64,000 nt of DNA from Octopus vulgaris (Eukaryota): the NCBI GenBank assembly GCA_951406725.2, contig OX597830.1:32054001-32118000 (forward strand), written 5' to 3'. Every line of letters begins with the position of its first letter. The first letter of the stretch is position 1. A program made the position numbers and the translations under genes. Positions 13,457 to 28,669 of the stretch are shown piece by piece. A model generated the notes under the pieces. That model saw only the letters and a list, made by a program, of their open reading frames with translations, ran no database searches and was not told the DNA's origin.

Positions 13457-14105
13457 GTTATTATTAAGGCAGCAAACTGGCAGAACCGTTAGCACAGTAA
13501 GCAAAAATGCTTAGCAACATTTCATCTGTCTCAACGTTCTGAGTTCAAATCCACCAAGATCGATTTTGCCTTTCATCATTTCAGGGTTAATACAATAAGT
13601 AGCAGTTGAGCACTGGGGTAAATGTAATTGACTTACACCGTCCCCTTATTGTTATTAGTATTAAAGTGGTGAGTTGGTAGGATCATTAGCATGCTGAGCA
13701 AAAGACTTAGTCAACCGTTGAGGTCATCTTTGCATTTCATCCTTTCTGGATAAATAAATTAGGCCCCAGTGAAACGCTGGAGTCAATGTACTCGACTAGT
13801 CCTCTTCCCCCCACCCAAATTTGAGGCCTTGTGCCTATAATAGGAAGGATTATTATTATTCAGTAGTCTAAAGGCAATGAACTGGGAGAATTGTTAGCAC
13901 CTGGGTGAAATGCTTAGTGGTATTTCACCTATCGCTGCGTTCTGAGTTCGAATTCCACCGAGGTCGACTTTGACTTTCATGCTTTTGGGGTCAATACAAT
14001 AAGTACCAGTTGAGCACTGGTGGCGGTGTGGGGGGGGGGGGTAATTGACTCAACCCTTCATTGCCCCTCAAAAGATGCTCCCCTTGTGACAAAAATTAGA
14101 AACAA
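12815..14105. mobile_element. Cluster of about six family A SINEs separated by (ATT)n
   Basis: Minus copies at about 12815-12925 and 12960-13125; plus copies starting at about 13210, 13466, 13663 and 13871. Confidence 0.8.
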
Positions 14106-14131
14106 TTTTTATTAAGATTATTATCATTATT

Positions 14132-14687
14132 GAGTGAGAGAGCAGTGCATGCAATCAAAGTGACACTGGGGTAAAATATACGAAGTCCAGTATACCCATC
14201 ATGACTACACATCTGATAAGGGTACACTAGGCACAGGAATCACAGCCATATGTGTTTGACATGGTGATCTCATATCAAGATAAACAGCACATGACCATGC
14301 AGGTAGGGCCCAGTTAGAATTTTCTTCTGGTCGAGTAACCCATCCCATTAAAAAGGTCCCTGAAGAAGGGTTGTTTAAGGATGTTGAATGAAACACTCAT
14401 GTTTCCAGAGTTGAATTATTCAAATCCCAAAGAATCCCACTCAACACATGGCTATGATGCTCCCCCACTACTTCTTCTCATGATCAGAGAAGCACATATT
14501 GTCAGCCACTAAGGGACATGCTCAACTGGTTAAGGTCAAACAACTGACAAGCAAATCTGTGGTATTGAGTAGAACTTTTGCTGTAGCCCATCTTTTATAC
14601 CAAGACAAAACAATGTACATGATAACACTTCCAATCAGTTAAGATTAGAAGCCACGAGAGCCATTGCCTGGTACTGCGTCAGGGCAC

Positions 14688-14690
<3 letters not shown>
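14132..14690 (-). mobile_element. ~560-bp interspersed element in ATT tract, possibly non-autonomous R4/Dong-type
   Basis: Complex, more GC-rich sequence bounded on both sides by (ATT)n; no ORF; next to an R4/Dong 3' end. Strand and family are inferred. Confidence 0.4.
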
Positions 14691-14717
<27 letters not shown>

Positions 14718-14719
<2 letters not shown>

Positions 14720-14885
14720 GCTTTTGCACAGCTTCTAACGCTGGAGATGTACTACAGTGTCAGTTGTTCACTACCAGTGAACTAAGGTAACAACACATAT
14801 TTTTCGAGCACGCTCCGGAATATTCGAGCGGTTCCAAGCAGTGCTGTGTTCTGCAGGTGCTCCACCCTTATTGCAGCCCCTATCA
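14718..14885 (-). mobile_element. R4/Dong-clade LINE 3' end, second copy
   Basis: Encodes IGAAIRVEHLQNTALLGTARIFRSVLEK; similar to 1561-1731; flanked by (ATT)n/(GTT)n. Confidence 0.75.
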
Positions 14886-14901
14886 GTTGTTGTTGTTGTT
14901 G

Positions 14902-15000
<99 letters not shown>

Positions 15001-15379
15001 TTATTATTATTATTATTGTTGTTGTTGTTGTTATTGTTGTTACTATTATCATCAACAAACAAATGTAGGAAAAATTACAATTACAAAACAAGTCAGAAAA
15101 AACATACACTATTATTAAGAGAAAAAAATATCTATTTATGAAATTTTGTTAAACAGAAAAAAAATATTCCGCCAGACCATGATGTAATATCACAGAATTA
15201 ACAAATCTTACACATCCATTGTGTTTATTATTTATCAAAAAAACATTAAGCTGTTTCAAAGTATATGTCATGATGAAATTATATATAACTTAGCACCACA
15301 AACACAATACAACATGAATATTCCTCTTTCGAAACAGGCGGAGATTTTGATTATAATGCATTTGCATCTAGAAAGGTGT

Positions 15380-15437
15380 ATGTATGTATGTACATGTGTG
15401 TATACATGTCTGTGTATGTGTACATATAGATATATAA

Positions 15438-15534
<97 letters not shown>

Positions 15535-16215
15535 CATATATATATATATGTATATATATTATATACATATACAGGCATAAATACATACATACATCTGTGT
15601 GTACATAGCTGTGTGATGATGACGATGACGATGATGATGATATGTATAGAAGGATTTTTTTTTTGTATTTTCTTTTTCATGTTTCTGACAAAATTATACC
15701 TTGTTTACCTGCTTTTTTTAAAAATATTTTTTATCATTTACAAATTTTATTTAAACATAAGCAGATAAGCAATGATGTCTTTGTGTATATGCATTCATGT
15801 GCACACACACACACACGCACACACACACACACACCCACACACCCACACACACACACACACACACACACAGAAACAAACACGTACACATATGTATATATGC
15901 ATAAAATATATACTTATAAGAGTACATTTCGTACACACTTACATACATACAAGCATGCATATATACATATATATGTGTGTATCTATGTATGTATATATTT
16001 ATGGATATCTAAAATTTCTGTGTGTATGCATATGCCTGTGTTAAGGTGTGTGTCTGTATGTACTTCGAAATAATGTAATTAAATATATATATAAAGACAC
16101 CCAATCCAATATATATTTACAGTGAAAGCGTGCCTAAACATATACACAAGCATAAACCAATATATATAATATATATTGTAAGGTATGTATATATATATAC
16201 ATACACACACACACG

Positions 16216-16261
<46 letters not shown>

Positions 16262-16752
16262 CACATTTATATATATATATATTCATTTATGCATATATAT
16301 ACATATTAACACACATACACATATATGTGTATGTATGCGTATATGTGTGTATAGACATGTGCACATTATGTACATGCATATAGACATAGAAATACAATCA
16401 GGCAAAATATGCTTTAAGAGGGTTAAATAATGAAAATAAGAGATGAAACTTGCATGTACCCAAACAAAATCCACGCTTGCTGTATATGACATGAAAAAAC
16501 GTTTAAAAAACACCTGTAAAACAAATGGAAAAGGGAAAACAAAAACAGATTATATTTAAATATATTTCAAAATATATTAAAAAAAAATGTTGAAAATTTA
16601 TACAAAATAATATAATATCTATGTATGTATCTGTCTATGTATGTATGTATGTATGTATGTATGTATGTATGTATGTATGTATGTATGTATGTATGTATGT
16701 ATGTATGTATGTATGTATCTATGTATCTATCTATCTATCTACCTATCTATCT

Positions 16753-16821
<69 letters not shown>

Positions 16822-17089
16822 TGTATGTATATATAGAGAGAGATATACATACACACATACACAAATATATATGCATAAAGATATGCATGTATATATATAT
16901 GTGTGTGTGTGTGTATATATATATATGTATATAAATATATGTATATATATGCATAAATATATATGCATAAATAGATATTTTTATATATACATATATAAAT
17001 ATATATCATTAAATATATGCATATATATATATGAATAGATATATACATACACACACACACATATGTATATATATATGTGTATATGCATA

Positions 17090-17148
<59 letters not shown>

Positions 17149-17175
17149 ATACATTTATATATGTGTTTTCATGTG

Positions 17176-17245
<70 letters not shown>

Positions 17246-17593
17246 TACAGACACACACATATTTATATATATATACGTACATATATATGCAGATATAAAG
17301 TGTAATGTGATAGTTACATTTTAATATGATTATTTTTTTTTTACATTCATAATGTTGACAAAGGGAAGGAGGAGGAGGATGAGGATGAGGAAGAGGAGGA
17401 GAGAAGCAGGGAGGAAGGTAAAGGATTCATGACGAGAAGTTTTGAGAAAGATTGGGAAATGCAGTTTTGGGGTGATCTGTGTGCCAGTTTCCCGTCAAGG
17501 ATCCCTAATGCAATATTAAGCGTATTTGTTCAAACTTCAAAAGCATATTTTTAAGGGAAATTTGAAGAAAAAATGTATTTATATATATACACA

Positions 17594-17625
<32 letters not shown>

Positions 17626-17645
17626 GTCCCTCTTTCTCTCTCTCT

Positions 17646-17695
<50 letters not shown>

Positions 17696-17852
17696 CACAC
17701 ACACACACATATATATTTATACATATATGTATGTGTATACATATATATGTGTATACATATATATGTGTATATATATATATATATATATTACATATATATA
17801 TATGTATATATATATATATAGAGAGAGAGAGACATATATTTATACATATATG

Positions 17853-17897
<45 letters not shown>

Positions 17898-18214
17898 TAT
17901 ATATATATATATCTATATATATACATATATGTATTGTATATATATATATGTATGTAATATATATACATTCGTATGCATATGCACATAGATATAAACATAT
18001 ATAAATGTATGTACAAATGCATATATACACAGATATTTATATTTAGATATGTGGATATAAACACCATTTATTTCTGGCATTGCATGATTTATTTAAATGT
18101 TTATAATTATGTGGAATATCTTCTTGTTTATATTCTTAATATACCCTGGTTAAAAGTCTGCTTTCTCAGCATGCATATGTGAATACATACATACACACTG
18201 CATATATACATATA

Positions 18215-18248
<34 letters not shown>

Positions 18249-18390
18249 TTCCTCTTTATATATTTATACTGTCATTCCTGTAATTATGCATGTGTTTGTA
18301 TGTGTATATATACATACATGCAGAGAATTATGTAACTGTATCTAAAAATATATACATGAAAAAATGTCTGAATATATATATATATATATT
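15380..18390. repeat. Compound (TA)n/(CA)n/(TATG)n/(GA)n microsatellite field
   Basis: Directly visible; source of the poly-YI/HT/CV ORFs. Confidence 0.95.
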
Positions 18391-18976
18391 ATATCTTTAT
18401 CTACCCCTGCTAATCTTTCACATTATCCATAATTCTCTTTGAGTCTATAATGCTACCTTCAGGAAATATAATAAGACAGAAATCTGTCTGGAATTGTTAC
18501 CATAGTTACCCAATGTCTGACTCACACATTTCCCTTCTGAGTATCTCTATTTAAATATTTTTCGGCTAATTTGAATTTTTAGAATTCTCTCCCTTGCACT
18601 TTTTGAGGTTACTTTTCATTAACGCTAATAAATTTCCTTCTCATTACTGTCAGAATTTAGATTGATTAAAATTTATGCCCTGCTCAACACATTAACAGTG
18701 ATAGCCTGCAGCACTTAATTCTATATCCTTCAAGCTGAAAAATATATGCACAAACAGAAATCCATCTTCAGATCCATTCTATATAGCTATATATTTGCTT
18801 ATATTTATCTATATATATTTGTGTGTATATATATATATATAAATATATATATATACATGTGTTTGTGTGTGTATATGTATATGTGTGTTTGTATATTTAT
18901 ATATATATATACATCTTCAGATCCATCTGTATAGCTATATATTTGCTTATATTTGTCTATATATATTTGTATATGC

Positions 18977-19018
<42 letters not shown>

Positions 19019-19083
19019 GTGTTTGTGTGTCTATATGTATATGTGTGTTTGTATATCTATATATATATGCATGTATGCATCTG

Positions 19084-19150
<67 letters not shown>

Positions 19151-19699
19151 GTAGGTATATATATATTATTCTTCAACAAGAATATTACTGACAGTGACTT
19201 CAAGCCATTATCAGACTGTGATGTATTGGAGTTAGCCTTGTTTTTATATAGACTTTGTTGAGTTAAAATCTTACTTGGTTGTGTGGGTTCGAGTGGAGTG
19301 GTAATTAGGATGTAGTATGGGTTGTGACGGAGAGGTATTTTTGAGAAATCATTATCGATCAATTAGGTATCATGCTATTGTTCAGAATTTATTCATGCAT
19401 TTAGAACTATGTAAGGAAGTGCGTATATTTAGGCGTGACAGCTTCAGGTCATGGGATTATTTTTTAGTGATTCAGAAAAAGGATAAAGGTAATGTAGAGG
19501 ATATACCAGTAGTTTTAACTATTTGGGGTTTTGTTGGATTTAAACCCTTGATTTGATGATATAAAGGTCCAGGGCAGTTTTTAAAAACTGTGCAATTTAA
19601 ATGTGTCAACATAATGTAATGATATTTTTTAAGGATTCATAAAATAATGTGAGTATGTGTTATGTTTTAGATGACTAGTTTCTTTACTTGTTGTTATTT

Positions 19700-20045
19700 T
19701 AGACGGAAACTGAAAGAAGCCCATCATATCATCATCATCATCATCATCATCGTTTAACGTCTATATATGTATATATATATATATATGTATATATATATCA
19801 TCATCATATTTATATATGTATGTGTGTGTATGTGCTTGTGTGTTTGTGTTTGCTCCCCCAACATCGCTTGACAACTGATGATGGTGTGTTTATGTCCCCG
19901 TAACTTAGCAGTTCGGTAAAAGAGACTGATAGAATAAGTACTAGGCTTACAAAGAATAAGTCCTGGGGTCGATTTGCTCGACTAAAGGCGGTGCTCCAGC
20001 ATGGCCACAGTCACATGACTGAAACAAATAAAAGAGTAAAAGGGT
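19700..20045 (+). mobile_element. SINE family B, 3' two-thirds
   Basis: GACGGAAACTGAAAGAAGCCC...GAAACAAATAAAAGAGTAAAAG. Confidence 0.8.
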
Positions 20046-20189
20046 AAAGCATTTTAGTCAGCATGCCAACAATTTTTGCCATCTTGCCGCCTTGCCACAC
20101 ACCATCATATTGAACAAAGAAAGGATTCGTCAATTAACAAGGTCCAATATACACTTCAGAATTTCAGTATGGCCACGAAGGGAATACTT

Positions 20190-20604
20190 ATTCTTTTACT
20201 CTTTCACCTGTTTCAGTCATTTGACTGCAGCCATGCTGGAGCACCACCTTTAGTCGAGCAAATCGACCCCAGAACTTATTCGTTGTAAGCCTAGTACTTA
20301 TTCTACTGGCCTCTTTTGCTGAACTGCTAAGTTACAGGGCCGTAAACACACCACCATCATGTGTCAAGTGATGTTGTGGGACAAACACAGACACACAAAC
20401 ATATACACACACACACATACACACATACACAAATATATATATACGATGGGCTTCTTTCAGTTTCCGTCTACCAAATCTACTCTCAAGGCTTTGGTCGGCC
20501 CTAGGCTATAGTAGAAGACATTTGTCCAAGTTGCCATGCAGTGGGACTGAACCCAGAACCATGTGGTTGGTAAGCAAGCTACTTACCACACAGCCACTCC
20601 TGCA

Positions 20605-20610
<6 letters not shown>
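20190..20610 (-). mobile_element. SINE family B, full-length; a further 5' half follows at about 20643-20797
   Basis: Reverse complement of the family B sequence. Confidence 0.85.
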
Positions 20611-20645
<35 letters not shown>

Positions 20646-20929
20646 GACGGGCTTCTTTCAGTTTTCGTCTACCAGATCCACTCACAAGGCTTTGGTTAGC
20701 CCGAGGCTATAGTAGAAGACTCTTGCCACGCAATGGGGCTGAACCCGGAACCATGTGGTTGGTAAGCAAGTTACTTACCTCACAGTCGCTCCTGTGCTTT
20801 TGATCATAGATCTTGATTAACCCAAGGTTAAATAACAACAACAACAATAGCTGGAAGGTTTCAAATTTGATAGATAAAAAATTATATTCTGCTTGTGGTT
20901 GCAAAGAGTCTGATATGACACAATTAGGG

Positions 20930-21200
20930 CAACAACAGAGTCAAGGACAAAATAGGATGCAGATGCTGGAAATGTATTGGACAGGATTGACATAGCAGTT
21001 GTATGGTGGCACCAAAGTGGCAGCCTGATGGTGGTGGGGGAAGAACGGCACATGGTGGAGAACTATTGAAAAGGAAAGAAGATGCTAATGATGGGGATGC
21101 TGGTTTGAGACCAGAACAGTAGCAGACAACAGAGCTGGTTAGAGAGATCATGTTGTGGTCTTATGTGTCACATGACATGGATAGAACTGACCTAACCAAA
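20930..21200 (+). mobile_element. Degenerate RTE-clade LINE 3' end
   Basis: Frameshifted TWWRTIEKER motif and RTE-like tail TTATGTGTCACATGACATGGATAGAACTGACCTAACC. Confidence 0.5.
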
Positions 21201-21304
21201 ATGTATAAATGAGAACAAACCAAAAAAAGAAAAGAACTGGAACAAATTAAATTAAATTTTTAAAAAATTACACGTCAGAGATTCCAATGCTTTTCAGCCA
21301 TCTA

Positions 21305-21311
21305 ATATCAC

Positions 21312-21355
<44 letters not shown>

Positions 21356-21371
21356 TAATAATAATAATAAT

Positions 21372-21429
<58 letters not shown>

Positions 21430-21505
21430 TTAATAATGATAATAATGATAATAATGATGATGATGATGATGATGAAAACAATAATGATAATAATAATAAT
21501 AATAT
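21305..21505. repeat. (AAT)n microsatellite
   Basis: Directly visible. Confidence 0.95.
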
Positions 21506-22260
21506 TTGATAATGAATGTAATTGAAATTTAATATGTTGTTTACATGTAACAAACATATTACAATTCTACAACCAATGAATTCATGCTCCTTTGAACAAA
21601 TAGAAATCTTTCTGGATCTTTCTATTAAATTATTTGTTTACTGAATTTCCCCTTTGTCTGGATTTCTAGGTTTATGTCCGTGCTAAGTTCATGTGGAAGT
21701 GTTTGTTTTATGCATGTATGTGCATGTGTTATGAATGTGGATGTATGAGTTTGTGTGTGAGTGCATGATATTTCATAGAATGTGCATGATGTGTGTGTGT
21801 ATGTGTGTGTATGTGTGTGTGTTTTATTATTTCTGGGGGTTTTGAGTTTTTTTGCTGTTTACGATTGGTAGCTATAAAATCAGAAAATGTTTACAAGTAT
21901 ACGTGTTTATATGCACTGTATGTATGTTTATATATATGTGTGTGTTTATTTATATAGGCATATAAACTAAGAATGTATGTATGCATGTATACATATATAT
22001 GCATATATATACATATATATATATATATATGTATATAAACAAAGGATGTATGTATGTGTGGATACATATATATGCATATATATACATATATATATATGTA
22101 TATATGTGTATGTATGTATATATATATATATGCTTGTGTATATATATTGTTAATTTAATATTACAGATACAAAAGTGCTCAATAGAAAACATTGTATTCG
22201 AAGTGTCTAGAGTCTGGTATGTATATATGTCTGTTTATATAAATTGTCATCTATTTGTCT

Positions 22261-22405
<145 letters not shown>

Positions 22406-22618
22406 ATGTATATAGATATGGATCAAAACAATTTGATTCAAATTCGTTGGTACTTCAATACTTTCAAGCGTGATGCCAATCTTCAGTCATTTTGAATTTG
22501 AAATACCTGAAGATTTGCATCATGCTCTAAACTCTTAGGATACCAATGAATTTAAATCAAACTGTTTTAATCGTTTGTCTACTCATGTGTGTGTGTGTGT
22601 GCATGTGCGTGTGTGTGT

Positions 22619-22731
<113 letters not shown>

Positions 22732-22970
22732 AACTTGCATGGGTCAAACAAAATTTGTTTCTACTGCTGGATGCCCTTCCTGTCACCAACTCTCACCTTC
22801 TTCCCAAGTAAGTTTGTATTCTCTGTAAGAAAAAAATGTTTACATGGTAGTTTAGAAATGGAGGATACCACTCATGTGACAGCAATATTTGTTTGCAATT
22901 ATCCCAGAAGATCAAGGCAAGGAGATTGTAAAACATTGCTGCACACACACACACACACATGGTGTATTAA

Positions 22971-23175
22971 CCCTTTCGTTACCAACCCGGCCAAGTAGTA
23001 TAAATGTCTTGTTTTCATTAGTTTACCATTAAAATTTACCACCAAACCTTAGTCACAATTTATGTTATTAACACTAGCTTAATGATAACTAAGTTATTTT
23101 ACTAAATTCATTGTTATATTTAAAACAATTGAAAGAAATTTTGAGCATCTCAACATAAATACAGTAACAAAAGGA
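22971..23175. mobile_element. piggyBac-like MITE (family P2)
   Basis: TTAA-CCCTTTCGTTAC...GTAACAAAAGGA-TTAA; inverted homologue at 38089-38308. Confidence 0.7.
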
Positions 23176-24044
23176 TTAAGGGCTGACACAATTTGGCAGC
23201 AATGTCTTTATAGGCAAACTCAGAATGCCAAATTATACTCCAAACATTTTTCTTCAATATTGAAAACATTTCGTCAGTTGGAGTGATACTTTATTTTGTC
23301 AACCTCCAGAATGACAAAAGGAAAGTTGATCTAGGCATGATTTGAACTCAGAGCATAAAGAGACATAACAAATTCTGCAAAAAATATTTTGTCTGATACT
23401 CTAAAAGTTTAGCCAAACATAGCAAGATATTGAAATAAAAATGTAGGATATAATCTTCTCTGAACATGATCATGTTCTTGGCAATAAGATTGTCATAGAA
23501 ATATGAAGTTGTGTTGTCTTCATTAACAGAACAGCAAAGATAATTGTTAGAATTCTACTGTTTATATATATTCCTTCGCATAGAAACAGGTGATGCACAG
23601 AATTAGTCAAAACTACAAGAATACAGGTATGTTCAATCTACATTTCAAAAGAATTTACAACAGCACTTATACTACCAAAATCAACATTAAAAATATAAGT
23701 TTAATATAAACTTACATGATTGAGCTGCAATAGAAATTAATTTAAAATTAACTATCTGCTAATCACTTTGTACAAAAGAATTGTTTTCATTACAATTGTA
23801 ATGTGTTTATTTCTGTAATTATTCTAAAAGCTCAATTTTGTCAGTTAATTTCAAATCGCAATTAAAACATTAATTCTAGAGATTCAAGAACTTTTAGAAA
23901 GTCTTTTACAATGCCAACTAAACATGCAATCATTTTTGATGCATGTTTCAAATGTTTATACATACAAATATGCATATATGCATACACACATACATACATG
24001 CATACATGCATACATGCATGCATACATACATAATTCATACAACA

Positions 24045-24572
24045 TCATCTAAAATCCATCCTCCATGCTGGCATGGTTTTGATGGATTGCAAGGCTGTGG
24101 TAAGCCAGAAAAAAGCATCAAACGCCAATGGTTTTTATAGCTGGATGCCCTTGCTAATTCCAACCACTTTACAGAGTGGGTTGGTTGCTTTTTATGTGGT
24201 ACCAGCACATAAAAATGAATTGACCACACTGAAATGGTGCTTTTTACATGCCACTGGAACAAGAGCCAGTCAGGTGGCACTGGCAATGGCCACACTCAAA
24301 TGGTGCATCGTCTACTGGCACTTGTGCATACAGGGTTGATCCCTGCGACCCTCTCCAGCTGAGCATCCCTAATTTTGTGGGCTCATAGGTGCTGGTGCTG
24401 CATAAAAACACCCAGTACACTCTGTAAAGTGGTTGGCATTAGGAGGGATATCTAGCTGTAGAAACCATGCCAAAACAGACTCAGAGCCTGAACAGTGCTT
24501 CGGCTGGTCAGCACCTGTCAAATCATACAACCCATGCCAGCATGGAAAACGGACATTAAATGATGATGATGA
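24045..24572. mobile_element. Two family D SINE fragments in inverted orientation
   Basis: Minus copy at about 24045-24300, plus copy at about 24385-24572 ending in (GAT)n. Confidence 0.7.
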
Positions 24573-24589
24573 TATGGTATATATAATCA

Positions 24590-24770
24590 CTCCTGGAAAG
24601 GATGCTAGTCTGTCACAGGAATACTCGTTTTTGCCAGCTGTGTGGACTGGAGCAATGTGAAATGAAGTGTCTTGCTCAAGAACACAATGTATCACCCAGT
24701 CCAGGAATCAAAACCACAATCTTACTATCACGATGCTGACACCCTAACCAGTAAGCCACACACCTCCACA
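24590..24770 (-). mobile_element. SINE family C
   Basis: Minus strand GGAGGTGTGTGGCTTACTGGTTAGGG..GGTTTTGATTCCTGG..TGTGTTCTTGAGCAAGACACTTCATTTCAC. Confidence 0.75.
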
Positions 24771-25346
24771 TATGCATATCTGTAAGTGTGTGCATACACA
24801 CACACACACACATATACATACACACATATATAAATACATACAAATACACATACAGACTCACATATATACATACACACACATATAAGTATACACACACACA
24901 CACACACACACACCCATCATGCCATTCTTTGCAGCTCTGTTGCTGAAAGCATCACATATTCACACAATTTTATGAACTTCTAACAGCCAGAGATTCCATC
25001 GTGCCCAGCAAAGATAAAGACTATATACTTTACTACATAGTGTCATTTTTTGCCAAATGTTTATTCATTCTTAACTATACTTATATATCATTATATCATT
25101 GTTCTAAACATGGTTATTATTATTATTTTGTAGTTGTTTTTTTCATTTTTATTGAGCTCTCTGCAAATTGTTTCGCATAAAAAAATATTTTTTTCATTAT
25201 AACTGTAACGTTTTGATGTGTGCATACACATACTTATGACTATATGTTCACATGCAAGCACACTCACATGACACCTGCACATATATATATATATCTATAT
25301 ATATATATGTATGTATGTATACACATAGACATCACACACACCTATA

Positions 25347-25397
<51 letters not shown>

Positions 25398-25548
25398 TAG
25401 ATAGATAGATAGATATTTATAAATATATATATATATAAGAAAAAATATATATATATAAAATTATACATATATATATATATATAAATATATATCTATATAT
25501 ATATAAATATATATGTATGTATATATATATATATATGAATATATATGC

Positions 25549-25594
<46 letters not shown>

Positions 25595-26254
25595 ATATAT
25601 GTATAAATATATATATATAAATATATATGTATGTATATATATACGTAAATATATGTGTATATATATATTTATATGTATATAAATATATATGTGTATATAT
25701 ATATTTATATGTATATAAATATATAGGTATATATATATATATATATATACACATATGTATATATATCTTTATATATATATATATATATATGTGTGTGTAT
25801 GTATGTAAGTATGTATGTATGTATATATAAACATAGAATAGTTTCTTTGTTGTTAAAAATGTTTATCGTAAGTGAAAAACTTAGTTTTAACCAATACTAA
25901 AAAGAAATGCAAAAAAGAAGCAAAACATTGCTAAATAAATGAATTAATAAATTAACAATAAAGCAATAAATCAAACAAACATAACTAGCATAAAAGAAAT
26001 AAATGTTCGTACATTTTTCCCATTTTTTTCTTTATTGTTTTTGCTTTTTTTTTGTTTTTTTTTCTTTGCGGTGATCCGAAAGTTTCCTCTTGGTCTGCTC
26101 TAATCTGGACTGGCCTACTTTTTACCATCTTGTCTAGCCTAGTCTAGACAAGTCTATACTGGTTAACTTTAAATCTGGTTTGATTTGCCATATTTCAGTA
26201 TGGTTTGGCTCGGCTTTGGTGCATGGCTCGATGTATGTGGCTCAGCATGGCACA

Positions 26255-26286
<32 letters not shown>

Positions 26287-26665
26287 AATGATGATGATGA
26301 TAGTGGCAAAGCTGTTTGCAAAAGTGTGCTGGTGGTGGTGGTGATGGTAGTGGTACCGATGATGGTATACTCTCTCTCTCTCTCTTTCTCTTTCTCTCTG
26401 TCTGTCTGTCTCTCTCTGACTTTTGCAGCACGTTGCATTTCTTTCGCACCGGTGCACTTCTCTCTTCCCTGTCGGAAAGCATTAAAGACGGCATCTTCGA
26501 CAAAGTAGGTTAATGAAAAATTATTGAACTCTCAGCCAACCACAGCATTTTCTCTTAATCAATCAATCGGCTATAACTTAGCTTTCTCTGATTGATTTTG
26601 CATTTATGCTTTCTTCCTCATCCTTATTTATTCATTTATTTCTTATCAGTATTTCTTATCATTAC

Positions 26666-26704
<39 letters not shown>

Positions 26705-26937
26705 CATCATCATCATCATCATCGTCATCATCATTATTATATGTTACTTTGCTTTGCTATTTTCTTTTCTTTATAGTTCTTTATTTTCTACTTTTTTATC
26801 TTCATATATCTATATATTTTTCTGAGTGCACATATGTATATATATATATATATACATATGCATGTATGCATATATATACACGTATGTATATGTGTGTGTA
26901 TATATATATGTGTGTGTATATATATATGTGAGTCTGC

Positions 26938-26980
<43 letters not shown>

Positions 26981-27471
26981 TACATATATAAATAAGCACG
27001 AGCACCCTCACACACACATGTATATATATATACATAGACACACAATCACAAAACCATATATATATGAATTTTTTTCTGTTTTTCATTATTAATCTTCTAA
27101 AGCAAATACAATCCTCTTTCTCTTCCCATACCACCAATACCACCAACATCATCACTACCATCAACTACAGCATAACAGGCACCACCACCACCACCACCAC
27201 CATCACTGGCACTGCCACATATGGTAAGGCACAACAGCATGGAATGGTAGAGAATGGTGAGGTGTGTTATGAAATGGTGGGTAGTTTGATTTGGGAACTT
27301 GTGGGATAAAAGGACAGAAAAATATATGTATATATATATGTGTGTATATATATATATATATAAATATATATGCATATATGTATATGTATATCTATGCATA
27401 TGTGTATATATGTATATATATGGATATATGTATATGAATATATGTATATATATGTATATATATATATATAC

Positions 27472-27550
<79 letters not shown>

Positions 27551-27938
27551 CATATATATATATGTATATATATGTGTATATGTATCTGTATATATGTGTA
27601 TATATATGTACGAAAATATGTGTATGTGTATGCATGCATGCCTATATGTATATATACATATATATATATGTATATATATGTACACACACACACACATACA
27701 TATACATATAGACATGGGTATTTGTATATGTGCCTGTCTGTATGTATGTATGTATGTATATAAGTATGTATGTATGTAGAAGTGTCTATATAATATATGT
27801 AAATGAAAAGCTATCAATGTAGATTAATCCAAGCAGGCAGCAAACACTCATAAATATAGACAGTTATATATTTACATACAACTCATAGATTAACACACAC
27901 CAGTATACACAAAGATGCAAATACACACGCACTTTTAT

Positions 27939-27989
<51 letters not shown>

Positions 27990-28242
27990 CCTCTCTTTCT
28001 CTCACTCACACTCATATGTAGATAGAGTTAGAGAAAGAAGGCGAGAGGAAAGGAGAATGATGAGACAGAATATAGATACATACCTATATATATATATATA
28101 CATACATACATACATACATACATACATACATACATAGACAAGCGGATAGACAGGCAGACTGATAGATAGATAGATAGATAGATAGATAGGTCGGTAGAAA
28201 GTGGGATAGATAAATAAATAGGTAGATGGATTCATAGATAGT

Positions 28243-28326
<84 letters not shown>

Positions 28327-28334
28327 TATACATG

Positions 28335-28535
28335 TACCGTTGGCGATTTTTTTTCCTCCATCTTCCCTTCTCTGGATCTTTTCTTTTCCTATGTTTCTGA
28401 CGAAGTGCTTCGCTCGAAACATTAAACCCTCCTTCTTCCCTTCCGTCCTGAGCGTCCAATAATACTATATTTGTTCCACATCCTCACGTTGTTGTGTTTT
28501 CTCTTTGTGTTTTCATGTTTGGATTAACTTTATAT
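28335..28535 (+). mobile_element. Penelope-like remnant with degenerate hammerhead
   Basis: GTTT-CTGACGA(28397-28403)-AGTGCTTCGCTC-GAAAC(28416-28420)-ATTAAAC between (TA)n tracts; relatives at about 12.46 and 60.75 kb. Confidence 0.55.
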
Positions 28536-28669
28536 ACTTATATATATATATATATATATATACATATATGTACATACATACATATATATATATTGATAGA
28601 CATGGCAAGACAACAAAGGAATGAAAGAGACCTCAATATTATGTAAATAGAGGAATTTATCTGTAAATA

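Noticed and set aside
16460-16513. Minus-strand exon after a strong acceptor at about 16514
   Set aside because: No good donor and no recognisable peptide; insufficient support.
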